Assembly (NCBI RefSeq): GCF_026571515.1
Contig: NW_026859993.1
Coordinates: forward strand, 62,001-126,000
Length of the DNA stretch: 64,000 nt
Direction: 5' to 3'
Source of the DNA: Ruditapes philippinarum
Taxonomy: Eukaryota
The position numbers and the translations under genes were made by a program. Shown piece by piece: positions 14,350 to 27,100 of this stretch; position 1 is the first letter of the stretch, and each line of letters opens with the position of its first letter. The notes beneath the pieces were generated by a model. It made no database searches. It was not told the origin of the DNA and saw nothing but the letters and a program-made list of their open reading frames with translations.

Positions 14350-15490
14350 TATTGCATTATTTTATTACAACATACACTTAAATTTTCTATTTTGTTTTCA
14401 TATTTCTAAATGTAAATAATTCTATAAATTTAAACATACTTGCTGTGTGCAGGTAAAAATCATGTATATGTTTTCTTCTTTCGTTTTCAAATATTGGACA
14501 TTTAAAAACATAATGGAATTCATCTCCTATATCTATACAAAGCCTGCATAATGATTTACGATCGTTTACGGGGTATGTTTTGCCAACGTCCCGTTTCAGT
14601 TCCTTGTTAAAACACAAAAATTTCTTTGCAAAGTACAGAGGTTACTTTTTCTATGTACACACTTCTAAAAAAGTTATCCTTTATATATTTATACAAATTC
14701 GAGTCTGATTTATTGTTGATTTCAGCTCTCCAGTTTTGATCATCTTTTAAATAACTTTTGAAAATTTTGCTTTAATAGGCCATTTACTTCTGCTAAAACA
14801 TTGATCATACCATACTCCAGAAAAATCTGTCTCACATCAATATTGTTAATATTTTCTATCCAGAGTGGCTTAACTAAATTCTTATTTTGTAGTTCCCTTA
14901 AAACAATATACGACTTCGACGAGGGTCTTGTTGGTTCGTTACTATTTATATAATCGATAAGTCTTGTCCAATATGATACAACCCTACTTTTTATATGAAT
15001 TTTAAAGGAAAAATTCATGTCTTCCGTACACCATATAAGACGACGAAGACTTTTTTTATATTAAAAAATTATTTGTAAAACTTCCATACAATAAAATTGG
15101 TTTAATTGTCTTCTCAAATAGTTCAATTTGTATATCAAATGGTAAAGCTATCAATTTAATTTTCCTTAAAAGTGCAAACATAGCTTTATTTGCTTGTTCT
15201 GCAAAAGCAATCTTTGATTTATAAAAGAGCCGCTTTTATTAAAGTATATTTGTATACGCGTATTTGTACTCACTTACAACTTCAAGAACGTTTTCTCGTA
15301 TTGTAAACACTTTCTGACATTTAGGACGGTCTGTACTGAAAACCATAAATTTAGTTTTGTTTACATTAATGTTTATATTCCAATGATCGCAGTTATCTTT
15401 GAATATATTGAAGGCAATTTCAAGACATCTCCACTTTCATTGAATATGTCAGTGGCGTCAACGTAAAGTAAAATAAAATCAATATTGAAA
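14350..15490 (-). mobile_element. Decayed LINE, RT C-terminal half
   Basis: LYVDAT (YADD remnant), IKSRVVSYWTRL, CRLC..IGDEFHYVFKCP. Confidence 0.8.
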
Positions 15491-17066
15491 TATTGCATTG
15501 GACCAAGACATTAATTAACAAGTTGCTAGTGTTATCATATTATGTAACGTGTAGCCATTTATCATGACATACAACATATCTCTTTTTGTGTGTTGATTTG
15601 TTTTTGTTCTTTTTTCTTTTGTTGTTGTCCTTTTTCCCGAAGAGATAAAAAAAAATACGTTTAGAGGCACATATATATGTAAAAATGAACGTTTTATACT
15701 GAAAATTTATGCAACACTGTTATTTGTAAGAATATATATTCTTATATTATACAGCAAATACCGAATATTGTAAACTAGCCACAGCTGGTGGACTTTAAGG
15801 ATAGTGATCAATCCAAGAAGAATACCTTCCAGACTGGCAGACGTGCTTAATGGAAGTATACACCAATCAAAGACAACAACGAGGTAACATTTTCTTAACT
15901 GGCTATTTTATTAAAATGACAGTTGAGGGAAAATGAATATTTGATTTGAAACTTGTGAACATACTTCGAGACTAGCTCGACTTGCATTATTCTGCAAAAT
16001 AATCTAGCTTTGCAATATGGAAGCATTCTCATCTATTGTTCACAACTTACTGAAATGCATAAAGACACCATAGTAATTAAAATGGTGTTTTCATTTCCTT
16101 TTAATCAATATTATATACTCGCATCAATGTTCAAAATGACATTTTCTTTTTACTTTAAATCAAAACTTTTCAGTTATTTTCGGTACCCTTCAATTCATTA
16201 TTTTTAATATATTTTTATTTCACGAGCAATAAGATTTCATTATCAGATGACTTACAAACTTGAGGGAAGAGACATAATGCTGGAATTATTACGCAATGAC
16301 ATATAACTTATCAGAAATATTTATTACGAAATTATAATACAGCAAGTATCTTTTTGAAGAGAAAAAATAGTGAGATTTCTTCATAGAATTATATAATTGC
16401 ACGTTTGTAACGTCACTTTTGATTGGATAATGAATGTTATGAATGACGTTTATATACATGTTTAGTTTTATATATACGGCTGCTGTCAATTTTATAAGAA
16501 TCAAAGAAAGGAAGCTTGCTGTATTAAAAAATTCGTTATAAATATTCCTGACAGGTTATATGACCGTATATAAACGGTTGTTTGCAATATATAGAAGTAG
16601 TTAGGCATTGAGCCACTTATGATGTTATAAACTGTAGATTTTTACCAATGCGTTTTTTCTTCTTCTGAATTTTACTAGGCAATGTGATACAAATATTTTA
16701 CTCGTAAGTAATTCACTGTAAACATTGAATTATGTGCATTTATATATATTCTTAAAAAAAAATTTAAAAAAATGAATCGGGATTTCATAAAGTTCACTCA
16801 AACAACTTAATTTTGAGAAGAAATTGAAAAATGTTGAAACATGAACAATATAAAAAGCAAAATCTCAAAATCTCATACATGGTTATACTTTAGTTCCTTA
16901 GTTAAAATATAAAAAGCATTATAATACTGCACGTTTGTAACGTCGCTTTTCATTGGATAATTGTGACGTTTCTATAGTTTTATAAACTCGTACACGGCTG
17001 TTGTCGATTCATAAAGAAATCTTACTTTTTTCTCTAATAGATGATGCTTGCTGTATTATAAATTCG

Positions 17067-17203
17067 TTATAAAGATTGCTGACAGGTTATATATGGCCGT
17101 ATATAAACGGCTGTTTGCAATATAACCCTCGCCTAGCGGCCCGGGTTATATTTACAAATAGCCGTTTATATAGGGCCATATAACCTGTCAACAATCTTTA
17201 TAA
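17067..17203. mobile_element. Palindromic foldback element; partial duplicate of its left side at about 16400-16590
   Basis: gttataaagattgctgacaggttatat ... atataacctgtcaacaatctttataac. Confidence 0.7.
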
Positions 17204-17353
17204 CTAATAATATATCAGGAATATGACATATCATTTTACATACATGATGCCAAAAACTAATAATTTGACAAGTCCATTAAAAAAATTCGTAATGTTACGG
17301 GTTAAAACTAATGTCTGAACTATAATTACATAATATATCAGGCAACATTTGTT

Positions 17354-17890
17354 ATGATGATGTAATGGAGTTAATGATGATAATGATGATGATTTTGATG
17401 ATCATGATGATGTTAATGAGATGATGGTTAGGTTTATAATAATGAGGGTGATTAAGTTGTTGATTGTGCTAATTATGATGAAGATGATGATNNNNNNNNN
17501 NNNNNNNNNNNNNNNNNNNNNNNNNNNNNNNNNNNNNNNNNNNNNNNNNNNNNNNNNNNNNNNNNNNNNNNNNNNNNNNNNNNNNNNNNNNNNNNNNNNN
17601 NNNNNNNNNNNNNNNNNNNNNNNNNNNNNNNATAGTGGCCGATATGATGATGATGATGACGACGATGATGATGATGATGGTGGTGACGACAATGACAATG
17701 ATGATAGTGGTCGGTATCAGGATGATAATGATGATGATAGTGGTCGATATGATGATTCTGAAGATGATTATAGAGGTTGACACGATGATAATGATGATGA
17801 TATTGGTCGATATGATGATGATGATGATGATAATGTTTGTTATGATATTGTAAATGATGATTTTAATGATGATTTTGATGATGATGATTT
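17354..17890. repeat. Degenerate (GAT)n low-complexity tract spanning a 140-N assembly gap (17492-17631)
   Basis: Direct reading. Confidence 0.95.
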
Positions 17891-17964
17891 TCAGTGCGGT
17901 ATACTAATTTTTCCGGAAACACTATACAATTCTGCCAAGGGAGGTAATCACTGTGAGGAGTTTG

Positions 17965-18011
17965 CCATGTGATATGATAGTGTATCATGTGACACAACAA
18001 TCAAAATGGCG
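17965..18011 (+). promoter_or_regulatory. Candidate GALNS proximal elements: two CATGTG E-boxes (MITF/TFEB M-box/CLEAR-like) and a YY1-like AAAATGGCG over the ATG
   Basis: CCATGTGA 17965-17972, TCATGTGAC 17985-17993, caaaATGGCG at the start codon. Confidence 0.4.
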
Positions 18012-18116
18012 ACCGTACAGGATTTGATTTCGGCAATAAGTTTAGTTTATTTGATATATTTCGTTAAATCTGGAATGGCAGCTCATCCAAACTTTATAAT
18101 AATGTTAATGGATGAT
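18006..18116 (+). CDS. GALNS: GALNS exon 1
   Basis: MATVQ...[11 protein letters not shown] followed by gtaagt donor. Confidence 0.9.
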
Positions 18117-21100
18117 GTAAGTACTTTTCTACAGTATGTATGTAGTTTGTTGTTTTTCTGTTCTGTATCTGTTACCCGTATCTATTTTTCGATAATTTAC
18201 AGTGATGAGTCATTTTACAGCTGATACATCATTCGTTGTATGCTATATATATGAATAAACTAACTGCTTTGTTTTTTAATTAAATTGCAGTTAAATATGT
18301 CACAGAAAATTTCCCATGCACTTGATTGAACTAGCAAAATACGAGTGCACAATTTGTTAACGTTTGATGCACAATATCAGACGCCTATTCGGTTTGCAAT
18401 TAGCTATTCATAATTAAAGATACTTCAGCGAACAGGTTTTATAGTACTGCTAGACCTGTGGCACAATGTTAAAATAAAACCGACATATTAAGTTATGAAA
18501 GCCAGAACTAGATTTGCATGAACACATTGCAGTGCACACTTTTTTTAATGTAAACAGTGCACAAATTTTTATGAGTGTATTTGTAACCTTCATATATAGT
18601 ATCATATTTATCATGATATTGTGTAATAGAAAAACCTTCAACAGCTCCAGCACTAGCTGACTGGCAATTGAACCCAAGACCTGCTGATTACTAGGCAAAC
18701 ACTCAACCTAGTCTCTGTTATAAAATTATTGGTTAACATACACATGTAACAGCAAGGCAGAGTGTTGAAGTGGGCCTAAGGCTAAAACATGGAGCTTTTA
18801 GTTATCAAAAAAATTAATTTCTGTTAAAGTTAGTTAAAATACATTGCATGTAGTTTTTGGTTGTTTAATTTCCAGCTGTCCTCACTCTATGGGTGAATGC
18901 AGTTGTTTTAGCTAAGCTAGCCAGATCACAGTACATTTCATAAATTTTGTTGAATTACATTTCAGGCATTAAATGAACAACTGAGAAGACCTGAAAATCT
19001 ATCTTTATATTTCAGATGGGATGGGGAGATCTTGGTGTTTATGGTGAACCAAATAAAGAGACACCAAATCTTGACAGAATGGCAGAAGAGGGAATGCTTT
19101 TTCCTGATTTTTATTCAGCAAATCCTCTATGTTCACCTTGTAAGTCAGTATTTTGTGGAGTCTTTTCTTGTCACATTAATTACAGTATAATGTATGATTG
19201 AATATAGAAATCAACTCAGAGTTTCAATTAAAAAGTATATTGTTTTATTTAAAAAAACAAAAAAACACAACAATTCCACTCAAAAGTATTCATCAGGTAT
19301 ACTTGTTTACAGGAAATACAGGAATTGTTTATTTTGACAACAGCAAAGGTTACATGTATTTAAATGAAATGTATAAAATGAGAATAATTCCGCTTTCAAA
19401 TTATTGAATAAAATTAATTAATGCTATTATGAAGACTTGTTAAAAGACATCTCTTGATCTTATATGCCAGTTGATCAAAGGTTTAATATTGTAGGGGTAG
19501 TTGGAGTAAATGTTGTTTGAAAGAGATGTATTGTATATACATGTTACCTTAATTTTAGCTAGAGCAGCTTTAATGTCGGGGAGGTTACCTATCAGAAATG
19601 GATTCTACAGTGATAATGCTCATGCAAGAAATGGTAAGCTTATTTCATTAAATTTTGTTCTCTCTTTTCATGCAATGTAGTCCAGAACATGTCTTTTATA
19701 AAGAGCTGGGCTTTCATGGATAGGTACTTCACTTTTAATCATTTACAGCTTATAACTGCTGTTGTTTACTGTCCTTCCAAGGATTTTGGCTTTTTAGCCT
19801 GACTTTTTGACGAATAGAAAGGCTACCCTACTCACCTGGGCATCAGTGTCTTTTTTGGTGTAACACTGATTAAAGTTTTACATCTCCTCAACCTCCAATG
19901 ATATTGACTTGTAACTTCACACACTTATTTGAAACCATAATAGAAGTCACTATTTAAGGCCCATAACTTTAGCTTGGATTTTGAGAGAATGATGGCCCGT
20001 TTTGAACTTAGAAATTTCTTGTTTAATGTTTTTTGTGCAGCATCAACCTTCATAACTATTGAGGCTATTCAGATGAAACTTAATAATATATGTCTTTAAA
20101 ACCATAATCGGAGGCCCATAACACATAGACTTGATTGAATTTTGGCCCTTTGTGAAATTTAGAAAATGTTTGTTTAACTTTTCCTCGAAATATTAATCTT
20201 TCAAAAATCAGCTGATTGTATTCATCTAAAATTTATTTCATGCTTTTACAATTGAAGGTCAGTTTACAAGACCTTTAACTCTGGCATGGGTTTTGAATGA
20301 AATAAGACACTTTGTAAACATAACAAATGTCTTTTCTCAATATTCATCACTTTGTTAATTCTTATTACATTATCCAGGCTTTTGTTTTACTATCAAGCAC
20401 TGAAGATAATCAAGTGTGCTGTCATTCTGACAGCTCTTGTTTTTTGTTTGCTTATTGAACTGTTGGTTTAACTCTGGGTATTTGCTTGCATATGTGTCCA
20501 GACTAACCAGACTTTATTTTTCACTGCTTAGTTTTATTGTGCTTATAGATTAATGGTGGACTGTTTCAAAGCAGGGTGTGTCCATTATAACAATTAAGTG
20601 TCATAAAGGCTTTAATATTTATATTTCAGCCTACACACCTCAAGATATTGTTGGAGGAATTCCTGATGATGAAATTCTTTTGCCAGAGATTCTGAAAAAA
20701 GCTGGTTATAGAAATAAAATCATAGGAAAATGGTATGTTATGATTTGGTTTATATAAACATGCATTTGTTCCGTATCTGCCATAAAAAAGGTCAATGAAC
20801 TTAAAACTGTAATCAAAGCTCACAATTGTGTTTTACATGTGTTTGATTATATAATACCTGTGGGTTAGGAGAGAATGCAGAAATGTTTCTGTTAAGTCAG
20901 TAATGCTTTGCCTTACCCATGCCAAAAAACTTTTGAAACAAGTGTGTTTTTATCATTCTTAAAAGTTAAAACACACATTGCACTTATTCACCAAAACAAT
21001 ACTCAGCACTGAATATTTATGACTTGTGAAAACATTAAAAATGAATGTGTTGTTGAGTTTGTTTTTTTACAGTTATTTATGTAATGATATTTTTTACAGG

Positions 21101-24100
21101 CATTTAGGTCAACAGCCTCAGTATCATCCCCTCAAACATGGTTTTGATGAATGGTTTGGTGCACCAAATTGTCATTTTGGACCGTACGATAACAAGAAGA
21201 CACCAAACATTCCAGTATATAAAGATAAACAAATGATTGGCAGGTAGGTATGCTATAAATGTCCATGAATGTATACAGTGTGAAATTTAAACCGTACGAT
21301 GACATATTTTACTGCATTTATAAATTTCTGTGTACAAGTTTTTGACAAGAAAATATCTTGGAATAACAAACATGAATTTGATAATTAATAAAGGAAATAT
21401 GTGCAGTTTTTACTGAACGAAAACTCCTTTTTATGGAAAAATCATACAATTTCAAAATTGAGGGAAACATGTATACTCATTTTCATTAAAATCAGATCAT
21501 TTCGCTCCGTTACTTCTCTTGGCTACCTAGTGAAGGGTGGTGGAGTGATAATTAGTATATGATTTAATGAGATTGCATGTATACTGTGAATTCACTTAAC
21601 TCCTTGACATTAAATTTAGTGATTTTGTCAAAAAGGACTATTTTGAGGGATTTTAAATTTATGGGTTTTCTGTTCTTGCAAAACCTCAAAAAACAGATAA
21701 TGTAATATGAACATAATCTTACAGCCAACAAAATAAGATTTCATTGGATCTTGAATATGTGGATTGGCATATCCACAAAAACCATGGAAATTAGTGACCC
21801 ATGAATATTTATGATTTTGAAGTAGCTTTTATTGTAGGCAACAAAAGACGTAGTTATCTCATTCATAATTCAGGAGAAATTTTAGTGATCTGGTCCCGTG
21901 AAAGCGGGAAACTTTGTGTAGTTGTTGAACATAGGGCATGGAAAATAAAACTTTATTTTGATGGAATTTCAGGTATTATCAAGATTTTCTGATAGACAGA
22001 GAGACAGGGGAATCCAATCTTACACAGATCTATATTCAGGTAGGGTTAGATTCTTCCATTATCTTCTATAGATATACTTTGCTCAAATTTGGTATTTGAA
22101 TATACAAATGTATTGATAATTGGTACACAGTCTCTTTGTGAATATTTCATTAACATGTTTTGACTTCACACAAAGTAGATATGTTTTGTTTAAAATTCTA
22201 CACACCATACATGGTCACACAATGAATGTATAGTGCCTTTAAAAAACTGGCAGTTATTTAAAGAAAAGGCAAATTTTACTTGACCTGTAATAAGGAACGC
22301 AGCTTCCCATACATAGTCCATTCATTCTTTTAGTCAAATTAGACATATTCAGTAAGAATTTCATAGATTTCAATAAATTTCTTTGATAAAAATATTTTAC
22401 CCAAGGATGAGCATAGTATATCTTAAAGTTTTAGTGTCATTCTTAAAACTGCATGCTTCAGATTAGCCCACTGCTTAGCTCAATAGTAAGAATATCAGAT
22501 TTGTGTTCCATGGGCCACATGTCCGATCCTTCTGCAAGCAATAATTTCTCTGAGATTAGTTCTGAGACTAGTTTTATGATCATTTGTTTCTCACTGCTGA
22601 TTTAAAAACTGTGGGATTAGCAGTTTGTCACTTGCAGAGATATTGGTAATTACTAGTTAGTTAACCCATTACACACCTTTTAACACCTTTTTCACCCCCT
22701 CACTTATTGTTGTCTCAAATTGTGAAAAAATGCCTAATTTAGGCCCCCAACACTTGTTTTTGTTTGAGAAATATTGTTTAAAAAAGTGACCACTTTTTTG
22801 GCGCAGCCCCCAACCAAAAGATACATAATGGGGGTTGCCAGAAGGGGGATGTGCCCCCTTCTGTTTGGGGGGTTTGCAGGGGGCAGCAGTTCCCCTCATC
22901 ACCAAGAAAATTTTGGACTTGTGAGAGGCTAAAATGACCCCAGATCGATCATAAGGTAACGTGTAACTAACGCTGAAAAGCATTTGACTCTATCTCAATC
23001 CTTTGAGAAGTTGTAGCACTTTGATGGAAAAAATCAACGCAAAATAGTGATTTTAGGCAAATTTGAGATGTCCCCTCGTTGCCATGGAAACAGGAAATTT
23101 AAGCCTGGGCATGTTGTTACAAAGGCAATGGTCAAGTCAACATTTGTGCCATGTTTGATTAGTATTGAAGCCTTTTTTTTAGTTTTAAAGCAATTTGAAC
23201 TTGTTACAGATGACTTTTCAATGAAAACAGCCATTTTTCACAAAATGCTCATGAAGTAATGGGTTAACTAGAAATGCTGGCTTGGTGATTTGACCACCAA
23301 AATATGAGTAAAAAATGTGTTCAAAGTGGCATAAAAAAGAAAATTAAACAAGAGTGAGGGTTTCAAAACATTTAGTGTTGGAAAAATATATTAACTGTTT
23401 ACAAAATGTATACAATATGTATTCTAATTGTATTTATAACATTTGCTAAATTGTCAAAGAATTAACCATTAAAGCACAATACATGTACAGTTTTTCTGGA
23501 CTTTGTACCAGTACATGACTTTAATGGTATGAAGTTGTCAAAGTTTATGTATAGATCATTGAAACTATGCATGAAAAGTAAGAATAAGGCACATTGGCAT
23601 TTAAAGGAAAAATCAAAGAAAATAAGGGTTTTTAATGTTTCTACATGTTATTACATATTGAAGGTTTATAGAGTAACCATCTTATAAAGGCTTGAATATT
23701 TATTTTCATTTTTTGCACATCTCAATTGCAATATAAAGAAGTCAATTTGTTTTGTGAATTAACATTGCTGACAGTTCACTTGGCTTAATACATGTAATGG
23801 TATCTGAAATATATCAAAGTATTATCAAATTTATCAATATTATTGTAACATCATTTTACATGCTGTTAGTTCAGTACAATAAAAACCAGTAAACAGTACA
23901 ATGGAAAAACTTTTTTTTCTAGATACGTTGAAAAAAATGATTTATTTAAGAAAGTTTGTAGTTTATTTTAGCTCCTCTCAAGTCCACTTTCTGAAACTAA
24001 CCATTGCTGTTGTTGTATAAGGAAGCATGGGGTTGTGACCCCAATAGGACTTGAAACCACAATCCTTGACTACTAGGTCATTGCTCTTGTTAAAAGTCCC

Positions 24101-27100
24101 CTACTGGTTTACCGGAGGGGACTTTAGGTTTACCCTCCGCCCGTCTGTCCGTCCGCACTCACAGGAGAGTAATTATGTGGCTAGAGGGACAATAGGTAAC
24201 TGTTCTTTCTCTTTGATGTCATTCATTCCGTAATGCTTTTTATGTGGCTATTTTCTTTTGTGTGGCTAAAAAGAACAATAGAGAGAACAATAGAGTAGCC
24301 ACATAATTACTGTCATGTGAGAACGGACGTCCGTCCGTCTGTCAGTCCGTCCGTCCACAAAACTGGATCCCGCGATAACTTGAAAAGTACTGAAAATATT
24401 TTAATGAAACTTAGTATATGGATAGATGGCAGTATGGAGATTATGCACGTCATTTTCTTTTCTTCCTATGTTGAAAATTCTGGTTGCTATGGCAACCAAT
24501 AGGCTGAAAATATGGCAAATTTTACACATAAACTGGATCCAGTGATAACGCAAAAAGTACTGGAAATATTTTTATGAAACTTGACATATGGGTAGATGGC
24601 AGTCTTGAGATTATGCACGTCTTTTTCTTTCCTTCCTATGTTGAAAATTCTGGTTGCTATGGCAACACATAGACTGAAAATTTGGCAAATTTTACACATA
24701 AACTGAATCCAGTGATAACTCAAAAAGTACTGGAAATATTTTTATGAAACTTGACATATTGGTAGATAGCAGTTTTGAGATTATGCATGTCTTATCTGTT
24801 CTTCCGATTTTGATAAAATATCAGTTGCCTTGGCAAAAAATAGGCTTAAAACATGGCAAATATAACAATATTTGTGATTAGTCAAAAAGAGCTGAAATTT
24901 TTTATGAAATTGCATCTTTAATTCAAGAGTTATCTCCTCTTTAAGAATTTTGCTTTTAAAATGTTATATTTTGGTAACAGGGATGTTTCAATATTAATTT
25001 TAGAGTGTCCTCAGTCCGTCTGTCTGTCTGTCTGTTCATAAAAACTGTTTCCTGTGATCACTTTTAAAGAACTTTTCCAACAAATTTACTTAAAATAGAG
25101 AAAAATTGAAACATTACTGAATGGCCAATGGCCCTTCAGAATGTTGATGGGGTTCTAACCGGTAGAGGACTTATGGATTGCTTGCAATACTATGATAATT
25201 GCTTGTTTCTTATGTCATTAATATGGCCTTTATAAACAAGTTTTTCTGCACTGTTTGACCTTATGAAAACATTTTGATACACACATCATTTAAAATGAAA
25301 TATATTTTCATATTTTCTTTTTTCTTAAGGAAGCACTGACGTTCATAGAATCACAGGTGTCAAGCCAGGAACCATTCTTCCTATATTGGGCTGTTGATGC
25401 CACACATGAACCATTGTATGCTTCTAAACCATTCCTGGGTACCAGCAGAAGAGGGTTGTATGTATAATTTACATTATTATGTGATGTTTTCATGGAATGT
25501 ACCACAGCTTGTTCTGTAAATGGTTATATGATACATTTTTAAACAAAAACACTTTATGGTTTTTCAACAGGCAAGTGAAATATCTAAAATATTGTCATTA
25601 TGTTGGATTGCTCATTTGGATATATTATTTCGCTTCTAACACGACATCAACAAATAAATGCTGCCGTACCTGATATTTAGCTAAATCGCGCCTATTTGTT
25701 CCGTACTAATTGTCAGCGTGTCATATTTTTAGTGGTTACGTCACGTGTAAAATGATTAAGTCACATGTCTAAATATAGAACGTCAAACAGTGATTTTATA
25801 GCATAATAACACACACTTTCGGTTCTTCTATGTTCAATAGGGAAAAATGCGAGTCGTGTTAGAATTCAAGTTATTATTCATCTATATTAATAATCACAGG
25901 TATGGTGATGTAGTCAGGGAGTTGGATTATGGTGTAGGTAAAATTCTCAACAAGCTGAGACAACTGGGAGTCCAAGAAAACACCTTCGTTTTCTTCTCGT
26001 CGGATAATGGTGCTGCCACCTATGCCAAAATTCACGGTAATTATACATTGAAGTTTAAAGTTTGAGTGCATATACATGCATTTATTTTAGGAACACATAT
26101 CGTCACCTTAGTGCAAGAACTCAATATCTGCTTCTTTATCTATATGCAGTTATTGAGTTTTTGCACTAAGGTGACGATATACATGCCTTTCCCAAAAGAG
26201 ACTTGGTTATTTTATCATTTGAAAGTTGGTGTGTGATACAATTATTGTCTATAACAATAGTTTTAACTGGTTCTTTACATATAAAAGTGTAAATCACCTC
26301 TCTGCTCATTACAACCAAGGTGATAAAGGTCGCTAGTTTAAACAACTTGCTTCTCATCACTGTGGGTTGGAATCCCAATAGGGACATTGGATTCTTCCAT
26401 ATGAGGAAACTTTCCAGTTAGCTTACAGAATGTCAGTGGTTTTACTCATGTACCCACTTGTGCCTGAAATAATGCACAGAAATGCACCTGGGGTCTTCCT
26501 CCACCACAAAAGTTGGAAAAAAAATGGCTCTATGACCTTAATTGTGTTGAAAATGTAATTAAGGCCCAACCAAAAATATAAAAACCCAAGGTTTGAAATT
26601 TAACTTTTTAACCTGGTACAGTTGAGTCTGAAATACCCTAAAAAAAATTTAGACTGAAAACTGTAACAATGTTTACAAAAGTCTACAGTATGGGTTAATT
26701 TAATATTTTTATTACATGCTTTTTGGTGGTTTATAGAAATATACCAGTGATATAAAATTGGTAATTTTACTGTTAAATTCACTGTTTTGAATTTAAGCCC
26801 CTTACGTTGTTTCAGTGAAATACCAGCGTGCACAGTACTGAGTACCAACTTAATAATGTGATGTCATAAATGACATCACATTATATTATTATTTGGCGCG
26901 CTTTTCATTAAGTATTAGGTTTAATGTCTTTTTAAAACGTTTCTTTGCATGTAATAAAAAGAAAATTTGTTTAGTTTAGTGTAAGATCGAAATATATTTC
27001 ACCTTGTGAACACCAAAAGTTCATATTTCACTCGTGGCTGCGCCACTCGTTTAATATACCTTTTGGTGCTCACTCGGTGAAATATTTTCCAATCTTACAT

